DNA of 62,274 bases, filler included, from Asterionella formosa (lineage: Eukaryota), in the NCBI GenBank assembly GCA_002256025.1. It is 19 parts of 19 records of this genome, joined end to end, with 100 filler letters (N's around TTAATTAATTAA, not from the genome) between each part and the next. Parts side by side here need not be neighbours in the genome. Positions count along the whole stretch, not along the records: positions 1,881 to 30,406 come from NKIB01001211.1; 18 more parts are not named here. One strand, given 5' to 3'. Below, piece by piece: positions 11,301-23,000 of the stretch. The notes under the pieces are model-generated. The model made no database searches, was not told the DNA's origin, and saw only the letters and a list, made by a program, of their open reading frames with translations. How positions within the stretch are numbered: position 1 is the stretch's first letter; the number at the start of each line of letters is the position of its first letter. A program made the translations under genes and the position numbers.

Positions 11301-14300
11301 AGTCGCAATAGCTAACAAAGTGCCAACAGTCCCGTTTGCGGACTCCATGGCTGTAGAGAATGCTGCAAGCGCTGGGCCCCATGTAACATCAAACATTGGG
11401 GAGACATACTCATCCCGCAACCCTGTATCTTCAGTGCAAACAAACTTGATATTATTCTTGGTCTTCGCTTTGGATGTTTTCGTGGCACTCTTTCCTTGTT
11501 CATCTTTACTGCCATTACGCTTGCGCCTCAGCAACGATTCAGTCGTTCTGACAATCTGATCGCGTTCTTTCTGAAAGTTGTCTACGCGTGTCTTGTCCAT
11601 ATCTTCATAATGGCTGCTGAAGAAAACAGTTGGACTCAATGCTGATTGAATCGATCCCTTCACTCCTTCTGGAATAGACACACCGTGCGATTCACGCGCT
11701 TCATCGTCTTCTTTCAAACTAATTTGGCTTGCTTGTATACGATCAAAAATGGAAGTCAAAAGTTCTTCTGGCAAGTCCCCACCATCAGCAATGCCTCGGT
11801 TGTTTCGAATGAATCCTTCTTTTGTCATTCTCCGGTCGTCCTTGATGGAAGGATTATGAAGATCTGTGTTAAGCATGATTATTGAAAATGCTAAAATAAA
11901 CGCAACATCTGCAGAAGGAAATACATGGGGATTCTGGCTGGTATATCGCTCTGCAAACTTTTCCATGATGCGATCAATTTTCTGGGCTTCTCCGGGTAGG
12001 CGAAAGCCGCTTAGATAGTATCGAATAGCATCGTCGAAGAGCAAGCCTGTATAGTCCATCATAATGGCGTATTCATGTAGCACCTTAATTGAAAATCCAC
12101 CTTGATACGCTACTTCACGGCCAAGAACTTCTCCGATTTGTGTCTTGTCGAAGGCATCTTTATTTTTGAAAAGATAGCGAGCAACATCTGCGGGATCGTC
12201 TCCGTCAACATGGCCACATTTAGATGCATACTTGAGTCCATCGGATGGCTTTCGATTGAACCGAAGAATGACTTCACTCTCTTCCGCTCTACGTTTTTTC
12301 TTGGAATCATACATTTGAACCAAACTCTGCTTCTCTATATCTGGAGACATGACGCTTTCGGTGGAAGAATTGTTGACTTGAGTTGACAATGGCGAATTTT
12401 CCACTTTAGGTAAGGGTTCGACTATGCTGGCGTGAAGGCTCGCCAAAACCTGTCGAAGTGTTCGCATGGATGACAATCGCAATGAGCGATTGTCATATCT
12501 TATCTTTTCCATGCGCGCTGCCCCGACACCAGCGACAAAGCCCATGCTGCTGACCTGTGATTCATCATGAATGCCTGTTTTGGCAACACGCGCCAAAGTA
12601 TTCACGATTCGGTGAAAAAGATCTACGGCTGACAAGTCGCAGTCGTAATTTAGAAAGATTTCTGCCAGAGTTTGAGGATCGGAACAAATTTCTTCAAACA
12701 GCGTAACCACCAGTGCCTTGTGCTCTGTTGCGGAGTTTTTGCTGTCGAGAATAACAAAAAAGACATTTGTGACAAACGCTTCAATTTCTGTCTTGAGGTG
12801 TGATCGAAAATTTCGAATTAATGGGACAAATAGGCGCAATGACAAGTTGACAACGGTGGTGTTTTCAGATGTGCAATTCTTCAATAGCGAGACACAAAGG
12901 TAATTTCGGATGCCATATTGAAATTGCGGCCCACTGTTCTGGAGGAAGGAACCAGACATGTCTGTATTTTGCAAGACGTACAGAAGAAGTTCCAAGGCCA
13001 AAATCTTAGATTCTAGTGCAGGATGAATGGCATGCGTCGAGAGTGTCGTGGGTGGATCATGAACTTTCGTGAATATTCCGTCCGCCTCACCATTTCTCGT
13101 GGTCGTTGTTATGGGCGAGCCTGGTTCCTTCTTGACACCTCCATCCCACATGATATTCGATCCCGATGTTTGCAAGCCTAAATGGCCTGTCATCGCATTA
13201 GGATCTGGCAGAGATCTCATACTCAATTTACACAAGGACCTCAATACTAAGAAAGAATCGCGATGACTGGACGAGGGGAACCCCTCGACGCTAGGAGTCT
13301 CTGGTGTAACCACCAACATGCGTTTGAAAACCGAGGTGACCAATTGCTGCAGCGATGCTTTGGCCGTCGTCTTATTAGACTCTGATTCAGTCGTGAGATA
13401 TACATGATAGATGACCCGGATCGACTGCAGCAGATGGGTCCCACGGATCAAGGCTTCCCCGTCGGGTGTCGATCGGCATCCTGCGGTGAGTAAAAATTTG
13501 AGCGCTGCTAATTCCGTTCGTTCCTGTGATAGGTCTGCTACAAAGATGCTCTCGGACAAAGTATAAATCAACTGAAATTTTTGCCCAGAAATTCGGAGTG
13601 CCACTTTGTCTAAACATCCATGAGCGACCAGTGCTGTGGTCGTGTCCATGGCGATTGCCAATAGAATCGGCCCCGACTTGTCCTTCCCATCACCTCGCGG
13701 AGACGCATGGCACCAGACACTGAATACATGGCAAAAGGAGGCCATGGCTAGCCTAGCCTTTTCCGCAGAGTCTCCAGATCCCCCCAAAATGCTTTCAACC
13801 ACAACATCTGCATCTGTCTTGTGCTCTCCTTCGTCCGTTACGTCAGCCCCGTCCATGACAATGGACATGAGTTCCTGAAAAGGCGCTAGTGTCACATTAT
13901 CCACTTGTGGACTCCCGAAGAAGAATCCCAAAATTCCCAGCGACTTAGTCCCCCCTTGCTTGATGGGAATAAGGGGTCTGGTCTTGCTGGCAAATTTGCG
14001 AAGGAGCCGCAAGGCCACGTCTGAATTGGGCACTGGTTCCAAAATGACGCCAATACTCGCCGGATAGGAGCGCTTGGTGGGAGACGGAGAATGACCAAAT
14101 GCTTCGTCCGTGTCCATAGAGGTGCGCTTCGTGGCGGCGGCTGGTCTTTGTGATACCACAGAAGTGCCATTGTCGTCCCGCACTTTCAGATTCTGATTTA
14201 GTTCCAGTTTCGGTTCCAGTTCCTTATTTAGTTCCAGCGGCGCTATCAATGTCGGAGGTACTGACGAGGACATTAAGGACAGAAACCTGTCCGTAGCTGG

Positions 14301-14567
14301 AGCGGATGTAATCAGAGGCACAGCAACTCCCTTGGAATTATCGCCGCCGCCAAGTCCGAGATCCGGCACGCCTTGAGGCGCTTCAGATTCTGAGTGGGTA
14401 CCTTCGGGTTCCTTACGATCTGGCAGGCCACTACGGGTAACACTTCCTTTCTCCTTTGCTTCCGCGGCTATTTCAGCAGCTAATGGAGCGTTCACGCATT
14501 CATCATTTGCCATGGAGAGTCCAGCAAAGAGTCCTTCCGCCGGGGCTGGCTCGGAGCCGGTCACCAT
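8337..14567 (-). CDS. SEC7: BIG/Sec7-family large ARF guanine-nucleotide exchange factor, apparently single exon
   Basis: Sec7 catalytic motif FRLPGEAQKIDRIMEKFAERY and AFSIIMLNTDLHNP; HUS box FLNYDCDL; HDS-like YAVDSFRQLS and LKSGWRPI. Confidence 0.96.
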   Translation of the reverse strand: MVTGSEPAPAEGLFAGLSMANDECVNAPLAAEIAAEAKEKGSVTRSGLPDRKEPEGTHSESEAPQGVPDLGLGGGDNSKGVAVPLITSAPATDRFLSLMSSSVPPTLIAPLELNKELEPKLELNQNLKVRDDNGTSVVSQRPAAATKRTSMDTDEAFGHSPSPTKRSYPASIGVILEPVPNSDVALRLLRKFASKTRPLIPIKQGGTKSLGILGFFFGSPQVDNVTLAPFQELMSIVMDGADVTDEGEHKTDADVVVESILGGSGDSAEKARLAMASFCHVFSVWCHASPRGDGKDKSGPILLAIAMDTTTALVAHGCLDKVALRISGQKFQLIYTLSESIFVADLSQERTELAALKFLLTAGCRSTPDGEALIRGTHLLQSIRVIYHVYLTTESESNKTTAKASLQQLVTSVFKRMLVVTPETPSVEGFPSSSHRDSFLVLRSLCKLSMRSLPDPNAMTGHLGLQTSGSNIMWDGGVKKEPGSPITTTTRNGEADGIFTKVHDPPTTLSTHAIHPALESKILALELLLYVLQNTDMSGSFLQNSGPQFQYGIRNYLCVSLLKNCTSENTTVVNLSLRLFVPLIRNFRSHLKTEIEAFVTNVFFVILDSKNSATEHKALVVTLFEEICSDPQTLAEIFLNYDCDLSAVDLFHRIVNTLARVAKTGIHDESQVSSMGFVAGVGAARMEKIRYDNRSLRLSSMRTLRQVLASLHASIVEPLPKVENSPLSTQVNNSSTESVMSPDIEKQSLVQMYDSKKKRRAEESEVILRFNRKPSDGLKYASKCGHVDGDDPADVARYLFKNKDAFDKTQIGEVLGREVAYQGGFSIKVLHEYAIMMDYTGLLFDDAIRYYLSGFRLPGEAQKIDRIMEKFAERYTSQNPHVFPSADVAFILAFSIIMLNTDLHNPSIKDDRRMTKEGFIRNNRGIADGGDLPEELLTSIFDRIQASQISLKEDDEARESHGVSIPEGVKGSIQSALSPTVFFSSHYEDMDKTRVDNFQKERDQIVRTTESLLRRKRNGSKDEQGKSATKTSKAKTKNNIKFVCTEDTGLRDEYVSPMFDVTWGPALAAFSTAMESANGTVGTLLAIATDEELELAAENAAETIEVCLTGFRFAICTAGLCGNETARDAFMLALSRFTHLGTGDLLEPRHVRCVQTLLVLGRDDGELLGNTWEHVFKALSEVHRFHELFQLMARNDRAAAAAAEKRRKRLEAMEQKRIDRKARTMAIETGESIEEGLGEDETSATESDDDLTDEGVFADEDYLFEEDMDRHEIDEANARIVYDAISESILEAIYQRSSSLSGPSIKEFIFQLCRVSRMQIAGYGGHVGSEANTIDLSSVHYRQQHTLRTNPDTSFYAQPDIFQLEKLVEVTHYNMDSRPRLVFSDIWTLIAGHLTSTSLHSNAAVAMYAVDSFRQLSIQYLQREELGGFQFQRKFLKPLETVMARCQHDSIKELLLKCVERIILMFGSDITEDENGCLDSQSKPRGTLKSGWRPILTILGLAGRDRNVIIANMGFTMLTGQLRQCLSLDKDRGGSIKPRAGTMLSDRFVDLVDALLMYISGPHEDMSIVSIDHLVTLSTFLADDSFALPLVKTRMTHLQNTGKACEPPHQDAKANDELELWWPILLGLARSTGDPREQVRLKSLMTLLGIINQHFLPEAMTSDSSASNDGNLQTLQLIFRGVLTPVLEHAEIDARSGPMPPLPSDFERFITKPTAFPPKERNTTWLETTFEHFMDGCIAICMRSIEMYRDDSLIEEVFAMLNSCLLSDSGALAVRGLRRLQLFVTSDLGTQKTTDDTWATVCHMLRRCLSVRGLPPSFSRSSSMINAQENSSSSLVDQSDDISSASKARDAADYILEFVSEERLLSDRRYIGGNAAHVIGSLLTDVNHSVSMGIRWRLFLTTGLGRAVREWDDAAKLLTQYSTFASPEISPPNYFENAVYGRKWLNKLLLQLVLIDETQSKSSTNISSSLSVIREQTQSLVMVYLENDTSRTVSAEDGIPMRWNEKHIELLTVLVRDLIEGFNTIDTHAVLQLNDLLPIFSSCLHVSDEGICREMHKLIERISNEVPPNELPRAST

Positions 14568-15139
14568 TGTCGAGTTGAAATGAAAAGTACTTGACTGGAA
14601 TTAATTTTTACTAATAGGATCATGTAATGACCGAGTTGAGTCTGCAGTCTATCGGTACCTGGTACATAAATATAGCTGATGATGAGCCGTTCAATGATTT
14701 CTTTTTTCACGTCATCTACCGGTATGTTTCATCATGGGTGTACTGGATATTAGTATGTGGACTTACGCACACGAGTTCATTATATTATCATGTAGAAATC
14801 AAATGAAATTTAGGAAGTTTTTTTAACATACACGTCGTCATAAAGTATTACCGGTATATCAACCCTGCAGACGTGCTCACAAAACCCGAGTTAAAGGGCA
14901 ATACGTCCAGGTGCTTCAGGAACACGCGAACTCTGTACTTTATGGAGTCATTCACTTCGCCCCACAGGCAATGAACACGGAGGTCCCACCTAGGAATACG
15001 ACAACTCTATGGCCACCTATAGGTACTGGAGTCATTTCCTTCGCCCCATCACTGGCAGTGAACAAGGAGGTTGCTAGTATTTCTATAGTCTTACCACTGG
15101 TCGATTTCTCAGCAGACACTACTGGACTCAACTTCTGAT

Positions 15140-15300
15140 GCTTGCCAAGGTTTTGATTGTAGAGGCAGACAAAGTACATTTGATCGAATGGTTGGTTGAT
15201 GCATCATTCGCTGTTCACCCCAACATGGAGAGTCATACTGGGGCAGCAATGATACTAAGCAAAGGAATAATGTAGGGAAACTCTACATGTCAAAAGCTTA
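15140..15300 (+). pseudogene. Relic of a copia (CoDi-like) RNase H
   Basis: Translates LIVEADKVHLIEWLVDASFAVHPNMESHTGAAMILSKGIM*GNSTCQKL, matching the copia RNase H pattern WxVDASFAVHxDMKSHTG...STxQKL. Confidence 0.75.
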
Positions 15301-15834
15301 TAGACAGAATAGAGGGCAGGTCATACTTGTAGATTCAACAATATTCTTCTTCATGGCCACCAGGCAAGCAAGTTCTGGGTTGACGTTATCAACAGAGATT
15401 TGTAGAATTTATAGTAGTAAAATGCTATCATTTTCATGATCCAAACATGTATTTCTCATTGCTTGTATCAAAGTGACGAATGAAAACACTCGTCAATCCA
15501 GTTGTGAGCTATTGCAACTATGCAACACATGTTCGTTCTCACATGAAGTTTTAGTTTTACCATGGGATGTGACTCCATTGAATGGATCCCTTTTCCCGTA
15601 TGGCGGACAATCTCACAACTAACAATGCAAGTCATGTGGAATCATTGAGTGGCACTTGATGCAGGAGACACAAGATCAACGCTATTTTCCACTGTATATA
15701 ATCTGTTCTACATGAAAATCTTCTTGATAAGCGCTGATGATATCTTTAGGTTTAGATTGGCAGGTTCCCGCAAGGATCAGTTAGATAGGTTACCAAAACA
15801 ATCAGTTACAACCACAGGACTTAAAACAAACCAT

Positions 15835-18627
15835 TTAGCGTCGCCCTAGAACTACTGCCTTTTTGTATGCATTGAAAGCATCGACATTATTAAAACCAGA
15901 TTGGAGGACTTCAAGCCTGCCATTTTCTACTACATATAAGTGTTTGCAAACGTTGGTCAACAAGTGTTGATCATGACTAACCAACAAAACACCTCCCTGA
16001 AACGTTTTTATTGCCTCAATCAAAGCTTCAGTTGTCTCGAGATCAAGGTGATTTGTCTGGGAATATTAAGAAATTTATTTAGAAAAAAAGGGCAAATAAA
16101 CAATTAAACATGGATGAGCGTGAAAGACAACGCACCGGTTCATCTAGGATCAACAAATGTGGCTTGCGGTACATGGCACTGGCTAAGCACAAGCGACACT
16201 TTTGCCCTCCCGACATGGTATGGATCTTTTGGTTTGGCAAGACTTCGCCACCTAATCCGAAATTGGCCAGGTACCTACGGAGTTCACCAATATGTGTGTT
16301 GCTATGGTCACCGGGATACCGCTCCACCATGGTAGATAACGGGGTTCCATCAGGATCGAGTTGTTCCAACTGGTGCTGAGCAAGGTATTCAATTTTGGCT
16401 CGACAATCGATTACAGCCTTTCCCTTGGTTGGTTGTAAGGCACCTACAGTAAGCTTGATCAACGTAGATTTTCCTTCATAAACATCCAATGGTAAGAAAA
16501 CTTAAAGCATCTTGAGAATAGCTGCGTAGACCCATCGTAGACTTACCACATCCGTTTCGCCCCAACAAGGCCACACGAGACTTTAGTGTAATACTCAAAT
16601 CAATATCAGCCAACAAAATCTTGTCAGGCGAGTACCCAAACGTGGCTTGCTCCAATCGCACAATGTCACCATCAAATTTTCCAGGATCCGGAAACTTCAA
16701 TTCAACAGTCTCATCTTCAACGTATTCCTCCACTTCCTCGGCATCTCCATCATAGCTAGCTTTGTATTTTTTTCCCTCCTGTGCCATGACACCCAACTTG
16801 TCCAATTTCTTCATTTTTGATTTTCGCTGCCTGGCTGCCTTGACACCATTCTCACCTGATTGCGAATGCAAATCAATATATTTTTGCAAATGCGCACGCT
16901 TGTTTTCTTGCACTTCACGCAGACGCTGTTGCCGCACTTTGTCATCATCTCGTACTGCTTCAAAGTTTGAAATATCCCCTCGATAGGACGTTAGCTTACT
17001 TCGGTGAAAATGCACCACGTCTGTCACCACTTCGTTCAGAAAGTGTCGATCGTGGGAAACAACTACCAACGTGCCGGTGAATTTGCTGGTGAGATATTTT
17101 TCCAACCATAGCACAGCTTCTAAATCGAGATGATTCGTCTGTAGTATTTGACAACGTGATATTGAGTGAGATAGATCATTCGTCAGAAATGTGAACATGT
17201 AGGTTGAAGAAAAAATAACAATTCCTTTCCAAAAAAATAAACAATTCCTTTCCACACTGCAGTGAAGTACTCACCGGTTCATCTAATAATAGAAGAGATG
17301 GATTAGCAAATAAAGCACACGATAAACTGACACGCATTCTCCAACCACCAGACAGTTCTGATGTTGGCTTATCCTGCATCTCTGGTGAAAATCCTAATCC
17401 TGCCAAAACCTTTCTTGCTCGAGGCTCTGGGTCCCCACCCTCCAACTCTTCAATCTGCGCCAATCGAAGGTACCCACGTGAAAGTTTCTGATTCAATGCA
17501 GTACGTTTCGATTCAATCGAGGCCAAATCCTGGATTGGTATTTTTGCCACTGAAGATGGCTGTGTCAGCTTTTTACGGTCGCGGAGTGCTGCCCGAGACT
17601 TTGATACTTTAGTATTTTCCTTGATCTTGTCCGTATCGAATTCTGCATTCACGACTACAGGATGTTCCAATTGATCCAACTCTTGTTCAACATACTGAAT
17701 GAAGCGCTTCACCGATTCCCTCTGCACATCGGACTTGAGTACTGTTTCAACAGCCGACCAATCATTCCCCATAATTTCTTGTCGCACCAACAACATGGTC
17801 ATATTCTTTGGCACCGCCGTGGGAATGTGGCGTTGACTCAAGAAAGTCAAAAAAGTAGTCTTCCCACATCCATTTCTCCCCATGAGTCCATACCGTCGTC
17901 CTCTCGCGAGTGACAGACTCGCATTAGTGAGTAGATTGGGCCCGCCACCTCTAAGATTTGGTAGATCAAAGTTCTGCAAATGTATATCCGATATGGCCGA
18001 CGCCGATGACTCCATGACTTCGTGCTCGTTGTCTGTAGCTGGCGTTTCAAAGATAGCCATGGCCTCTTGAATCGCCCGTTTCCGTTCTTCTTCCTCCAGC
18101 AGCTCTCTAAGTTCCTTTTGGCGAGCCTTGCGACGGTCTCGCTCGGACAGTGCTTCCGTCGACGAGATGTCGATCATGTTGGCATAGAAGTGAGCGATTT
18201 GCGACTCCTTGGTGGACGTGGGGTCGACCTGCAGCTCTGCCGACAACCCCGAGGCGTACGTTTGCACATCGTGGGCCTTCAAGGTGACAGCGTGATCTAG
18301 CTTTCGCAGCACAGCGACAGTGTCAGTAGCATCTGCCGCAGCAGCTCCTCCTCCTCGCGGCTCGTCTATCTTCCCCAGATCCAGCAAGGCAAAGAACGAA
18401 TGCGCAATCTCAGTGGGGTCGAACCGGTCGTCATCGACGGCGCTGGCAATCAGAGCCGCAACAGCTTCGCGCGTGGACTCGTCGTCGCCGTCGTCTTGCA
18501 GCAACGAACAAATGTACTCCAGCGTATCGTCATCAATACCGACTGGGTGCAGAGCAGCAGCCATTGCTGCCGTCAAGTTACCATCACTAGAACCGGTACC
18601 GGTACCGTTACTGTCACTCATCACCAT
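15835..18627 (-). CDS. ABCF3: ABC-F family ATPase (GCN20/ABCF3-like); exons 18627-17275, 17138-16547, 16473-16136, 16056-15835
   Basis: Two NBDs (GRNGCGKTT, LSGGWRMR, LLLLDEP|TNHLD; GRNGCG|KST, MSGGQKCR, LILDEP|TNHLD), no TM segments; three GT-AG introns of 136, 73 and 79 nt restore the frame. Confidence 0.93.
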
Positions 18628-18821
18628 GATCGAATGTGATAATAACTAACTATAAAAATACTGTGCCAGTGCACTAGTACCTAGTTTACTGGTTTATGTT
18701 TGCTATCATGTCATGCATGCGAAAATAAAATCCAGTCACTACCGGTATGTTAATTGTAAATCAAAGGAGAATGGAATGTAAGCATGTAGTAGGTTCCTAA
18801 TAAGTTAAAGTATAAATCTAG

Positions 18822-19571
18822 TTAGACACGTAGTTGTGGATGCCCAAAATTGCGGCAATCTTTCAACATTTGGTTGTTAATTTGAGTAACAGTCTTCTCT
18901 GGACCATATGCCTCCTCATAGATTTGGTCAGTTGCAGCATGTGCAGTGTACCAAGCTCAAACAAGACCTGCCACAGTATCCCAGAAAACCTTGCATCAAT
19001 AATTGATAAAATTTTTCCTCCCCCTCTCTGCCCTTGTAAATATCCTTGCTGGATTTTGTCCTGTAATTCCAACTTGCTTCCCACTCTTGCCAAAGAACAA
19101 ATAGCGTTTTTGGTGTCTTGGAAAGGCTACTATTGTAAACAGGATTCAAAGCCATGTTCATTTGCATGCCATCATTGCCTGCTTGGTTGTTGTTGTTGGT
19201 TCCTACAGCATCATTTTCGACATTTGAATTTGGGTTGTTGTTGGCATTTGTTATGCTGCAAGCAAAATTAGAAACGCTATGCCTGAGCATTTGTGCCAGC
19301 ATCCAGGAAAGTCGATTCAAGCTTGTCTGCATCTTGCCCATCCCTTTACTCATGGTGCTTGTAAGGATGGCAATCTGGCTTTGCATCTCCTTCACCTCTT
19401 TTTGAATCTCCCTTTGCTGTTAGTACATCCCAAGGAATTCATTCTTGTTCCGGTTCCTCTGAATAAATGTATCGATGGCTTGTTGTTGTTGGTGCTGCGG
19501 CTGTACACCTCCTCCTCCAATATTTACTGTTGACACTGCAGCAACTTCTTCACTCACATTGTCCAAAGCAA
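18822..19571 (-). pseudogene. Decayed GCR1_C-like C-terminus of the kind found in Crypton-type elements, cut at its 5' side by a CATCTG terminus
   Basis: With frameshifts reads LSKTPKTLFVLWQEWE-VGITGQNPARIFTRAERG..KVFWDTVAGLV*AWYTAHAATDQIYEEAYGPEKTVTQINNQM..GHPQLRV*. Confidence 0.65.
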
Positions 19572-19677
19572 CATCTGTAAATAAAAAAACCGTTAGGCCT
19601 AACAGTTTTGCTGTAAGATCCACTGCCCCAATAATACTCAGTATGACGTATTATTTTTTGATTAATCATATAAAAAA

Positions 19678-19789
19678 TGATTGATCATACAGAATTATTG
19701 ATTGATCATTCAGAAATAATGATTGATCATACAGAAATACTGATTGATCATACAGAAATACTGATTGATCATACAGAAATACTGATTGA
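19678..19789 (+). repeat. 21-bp tandem repeat TGATTGATCATACAGAAATAC, about 5.5 copies, about 100 bp inside the CATCTG terminus at 19572
   Basis: Directly visible tandem array. Confidence 0.9.
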
Positions 19790-20026
19790 TATCAAGTAAC
19801 ATTTTGATGTTTGATCTAAAGATAGTAATTATGAGATCAAATCAGTTATTCATTCGGTCTAACCTTCTTTGGAATTTTAGCTTTTGATCTAACGTTCATT
19901 ACTACTGATCCAACTTTTTTCTCTCATTGATCAAACCTATTATCATGTTCAATCAATGATGAACACAAATCGAATTAAATGGATTGCTATTTAATACTCA
20001 AATATTCTACTTCTGGTCTCCCATTG

Positions 20027-23000
20027 CGTCTGTAAATAAAAAATATCATGAAAATATGATCAAGGGTATCATACGCTAAGTGGCACAGGATTTTCACATA
20101 AATGATAGTTTTTCGATCAAAAATATGATCAATGTATCATTAAATTATGATCATGCAGTAAACTTTTACCGAGCTTGAAGTATGATGAGACTATCATAGT
20201 TATAATACCATTGCATCATATAATTAGTTAAACATGGTCATATGATGTGTATACTTTTGTCATACATCTATCTTAGCATGATCGTAATTCTCATCGATAT
20301 CACTGTCTAAAATAGGATGAAATTGATCGAAATTTAGAACTATATTTAGCTAAGAATGGTTCTATGATTCTATCATATCTTAAGTGGCTACAGAATGTTC
20401 TACAATGCTCTCATCGCAATGATTGTTGGTGCCGATTTCACTTCCACCTCCCCCTCCCCCAATCCAATTCTGAAGGTTGTTGTACTGGTTGCCTTGCCGT
20501 TGTTCCCCTCCTTGCTTTGTTCCATTTACTCCTGAGGGTTCTGAGTTTGCATTCACGCATTATTGAATCCGTTACGTTGTCCCATACTAACAAAGAGAAG
20601 CAATTCATTGTTAGCTGTTCATGTTTTGCTTACACAACAACAACATTCATTTCGCTTCTATCTTCACTTACCACAAATTGAGGAAGTGAATGATGCATAT
20701 TTCTGTAGAAGAATGTGTCAGTCGAAGATTGAATGAGAAGCAAAGTATCGATCAATAAATGGGCTCCAACACTGCTGTTTGTAACTTACAATTACTGTTT
20801 GTCTACCATTATCCTGAAAGAAGCAACACATATGTGTCAGTTTTTCTAACAGTAGTAGATTGATCCAAAGATGGCCGATAGGCAGCACTTACCGATTTCT
20901 TTTGTCCACAGCCATTGATGGTTGGCCACCAGTCACCAAATCGAAAAGGAGCTATTGAATCACTGAAAGCAAGGGGACGAGTCATTCCGTAATTTTAATC
21001 TCAACAATTGATCATCCTGGCATATGCTCTTGACATGCTGTGATACTATACACAGCTTGTTGATTCCGCCCTTCTCCGCCCATCATATTCACTTCTTCTT
21101 AGCCGCATGGTGTATTGTCACCTCAGTTTTTCGTTGCTTGATATCCTTCATTTCAGGAAGTGTATGCAGCATGACAAGGAACATGAAAGGCATTTGCTCT
21201 TGACTTACCATCAATTGATTCCGCCCTTCTCTTCTAAGCCGCAAGTATCGCTCATTGTGCTTTATTATCACTTTCGTTTTCCGTGTCATCATCTGTGTTA
21301 ATCCTTCAATTCAGGAGCAAAGTGTATGGATGACAAGGAACCACATGAAAACATGATTTCAAATGTTTCAGCCATGAATACATATATATAAAGATTTGTA
21401 AGAAGTTTAAATGTATATATAGTTGAACATTTGCATAGCTATAAACACGCTCATTATACGGCACATTCTGTGTATACTAATAACAATATTGATTATACAT
21501 AATTCAAATATATAAAATGCATGATGAGTTCATAGTTTTCCATGACCTGTTGAGTTTTTTCAATTTTTGTGTGTCATTTCTTGTACCTACAAGTCAGTGG
21601 CTGATTTAATTAAGCCACTTAATAAACGGGAGTCATCACCAATTTTCCAAATGGTCGAAATCATACATTTATGTATATAGTCATATTGACCAAAATTCAT
21701 ATGGACTACCGGTAGTACTGTATAATTGCTGGTAATTATTTCCATCATGTAAATACTACAATAGTGCAGCGGAAAACTGAATATGCTCATGTGTATAGGA
21801 TCATTTGATCTTCTTTTTAAGGATCAATTAATCCTGATTCTTGAAAATAAATGTTGATCGTTCATTTTCTCATCAACAAGACCGTTCATCATATGATCAA
21901 TATGTTCTTATGATCAAAGTAATAGGATAAACGAATCTAAATTCATTGATTAAAGATCATAGTTTATACCGGAGTAGTTGCTCATGCATGCAATCCCTTC
22001 CTCCCCTGTATACAGTCCGGAAGTGATAACTCCCAAGCTACCAAATTTTTCTGTCTTCTAAGAATTATCGCAGCATGCATGCATACATGACTCCTACTGG
22101 TACATACAATGCGGAAATTATGACCACCAGACTACCAATCCTATAGGTCCTGTAGAATTATCGCAACATGGCTGCATATCTAATGAAAGGGCGGGAGGAG
22201 TCATCCATGCACCTGTATAGTATGAAATATGGAAATGATCAAATATAGCTAGTCTACACAAGGAGCAGTGCATCATATATGCCCTGCTATTTAAATTCCT
22301 ATGAAATCTCTTGATCTGTTCTGCGCTTTTTCGCCACAATTGTTCTAATTGGCTGTTTCACTGGACAGCATTCGAATTGATTGTGCTTCGAATGAAGCAA
22401 TGATCAAAGTCCACCCAATTGGAGAATGGTGAGTCTCACAACTAAGTATCAGCCACAGCCAGTCGATTAAAATTGGACTGTCTTTTGTGCACCCTTGCTC
22501 GTTGTGTTTGTACTTGACTTGGCAGGCAGCTGTCAGCCAAGAGCAGCCATGGCATGCCACGCACCATTTATTGTCTATAAAAGTTTCGAATGCGTTCAGC
22601 TATGATATCTTTTGCTCCCCCCTCCTAATCATTATCTCACCACACACCCTTGTCATAGATTTTTCTTTATCCTTTGGCTTCATTGGCCCAGGTTACTCAA
22701 TGCCTTCATCTGCAAGGAGTTCAGCCAAGCAGGTCCATGTTGGCGTCAAGAAAACCTCAACCCCGATTTTCCTCACATGCTCCACCCGTTGACTTCTTCA
22801 TTGATGAAGTCGAGGTAGCTATATTGAAGACATCAGGTGGCGCAGGCTTGTGTATAGATTGATGATGCTGAAAGCATTGCTTCCTTTCCGATAATAGGTA
22901 CCTATTTGTCAACATTGTTTGGGTCAATCTATTCTTGTTCCCGCAAGACCAGCAGAAGCAATTATCCCTTTACTTCTCCTCCCAAGAACCTTCATTTCTC

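Noticed and set aside
8377..14170. Many short ORFs overlapping the Sec7 gene
   Set aside because: Antisense or alternate-frame shadows of a long CDS with no motifs of their own
19678..19789. Possible CRISPR-like array
   Set aside because: Head-to-tail 21-mers with no unique spacers, no cas genes, eukaryotic context
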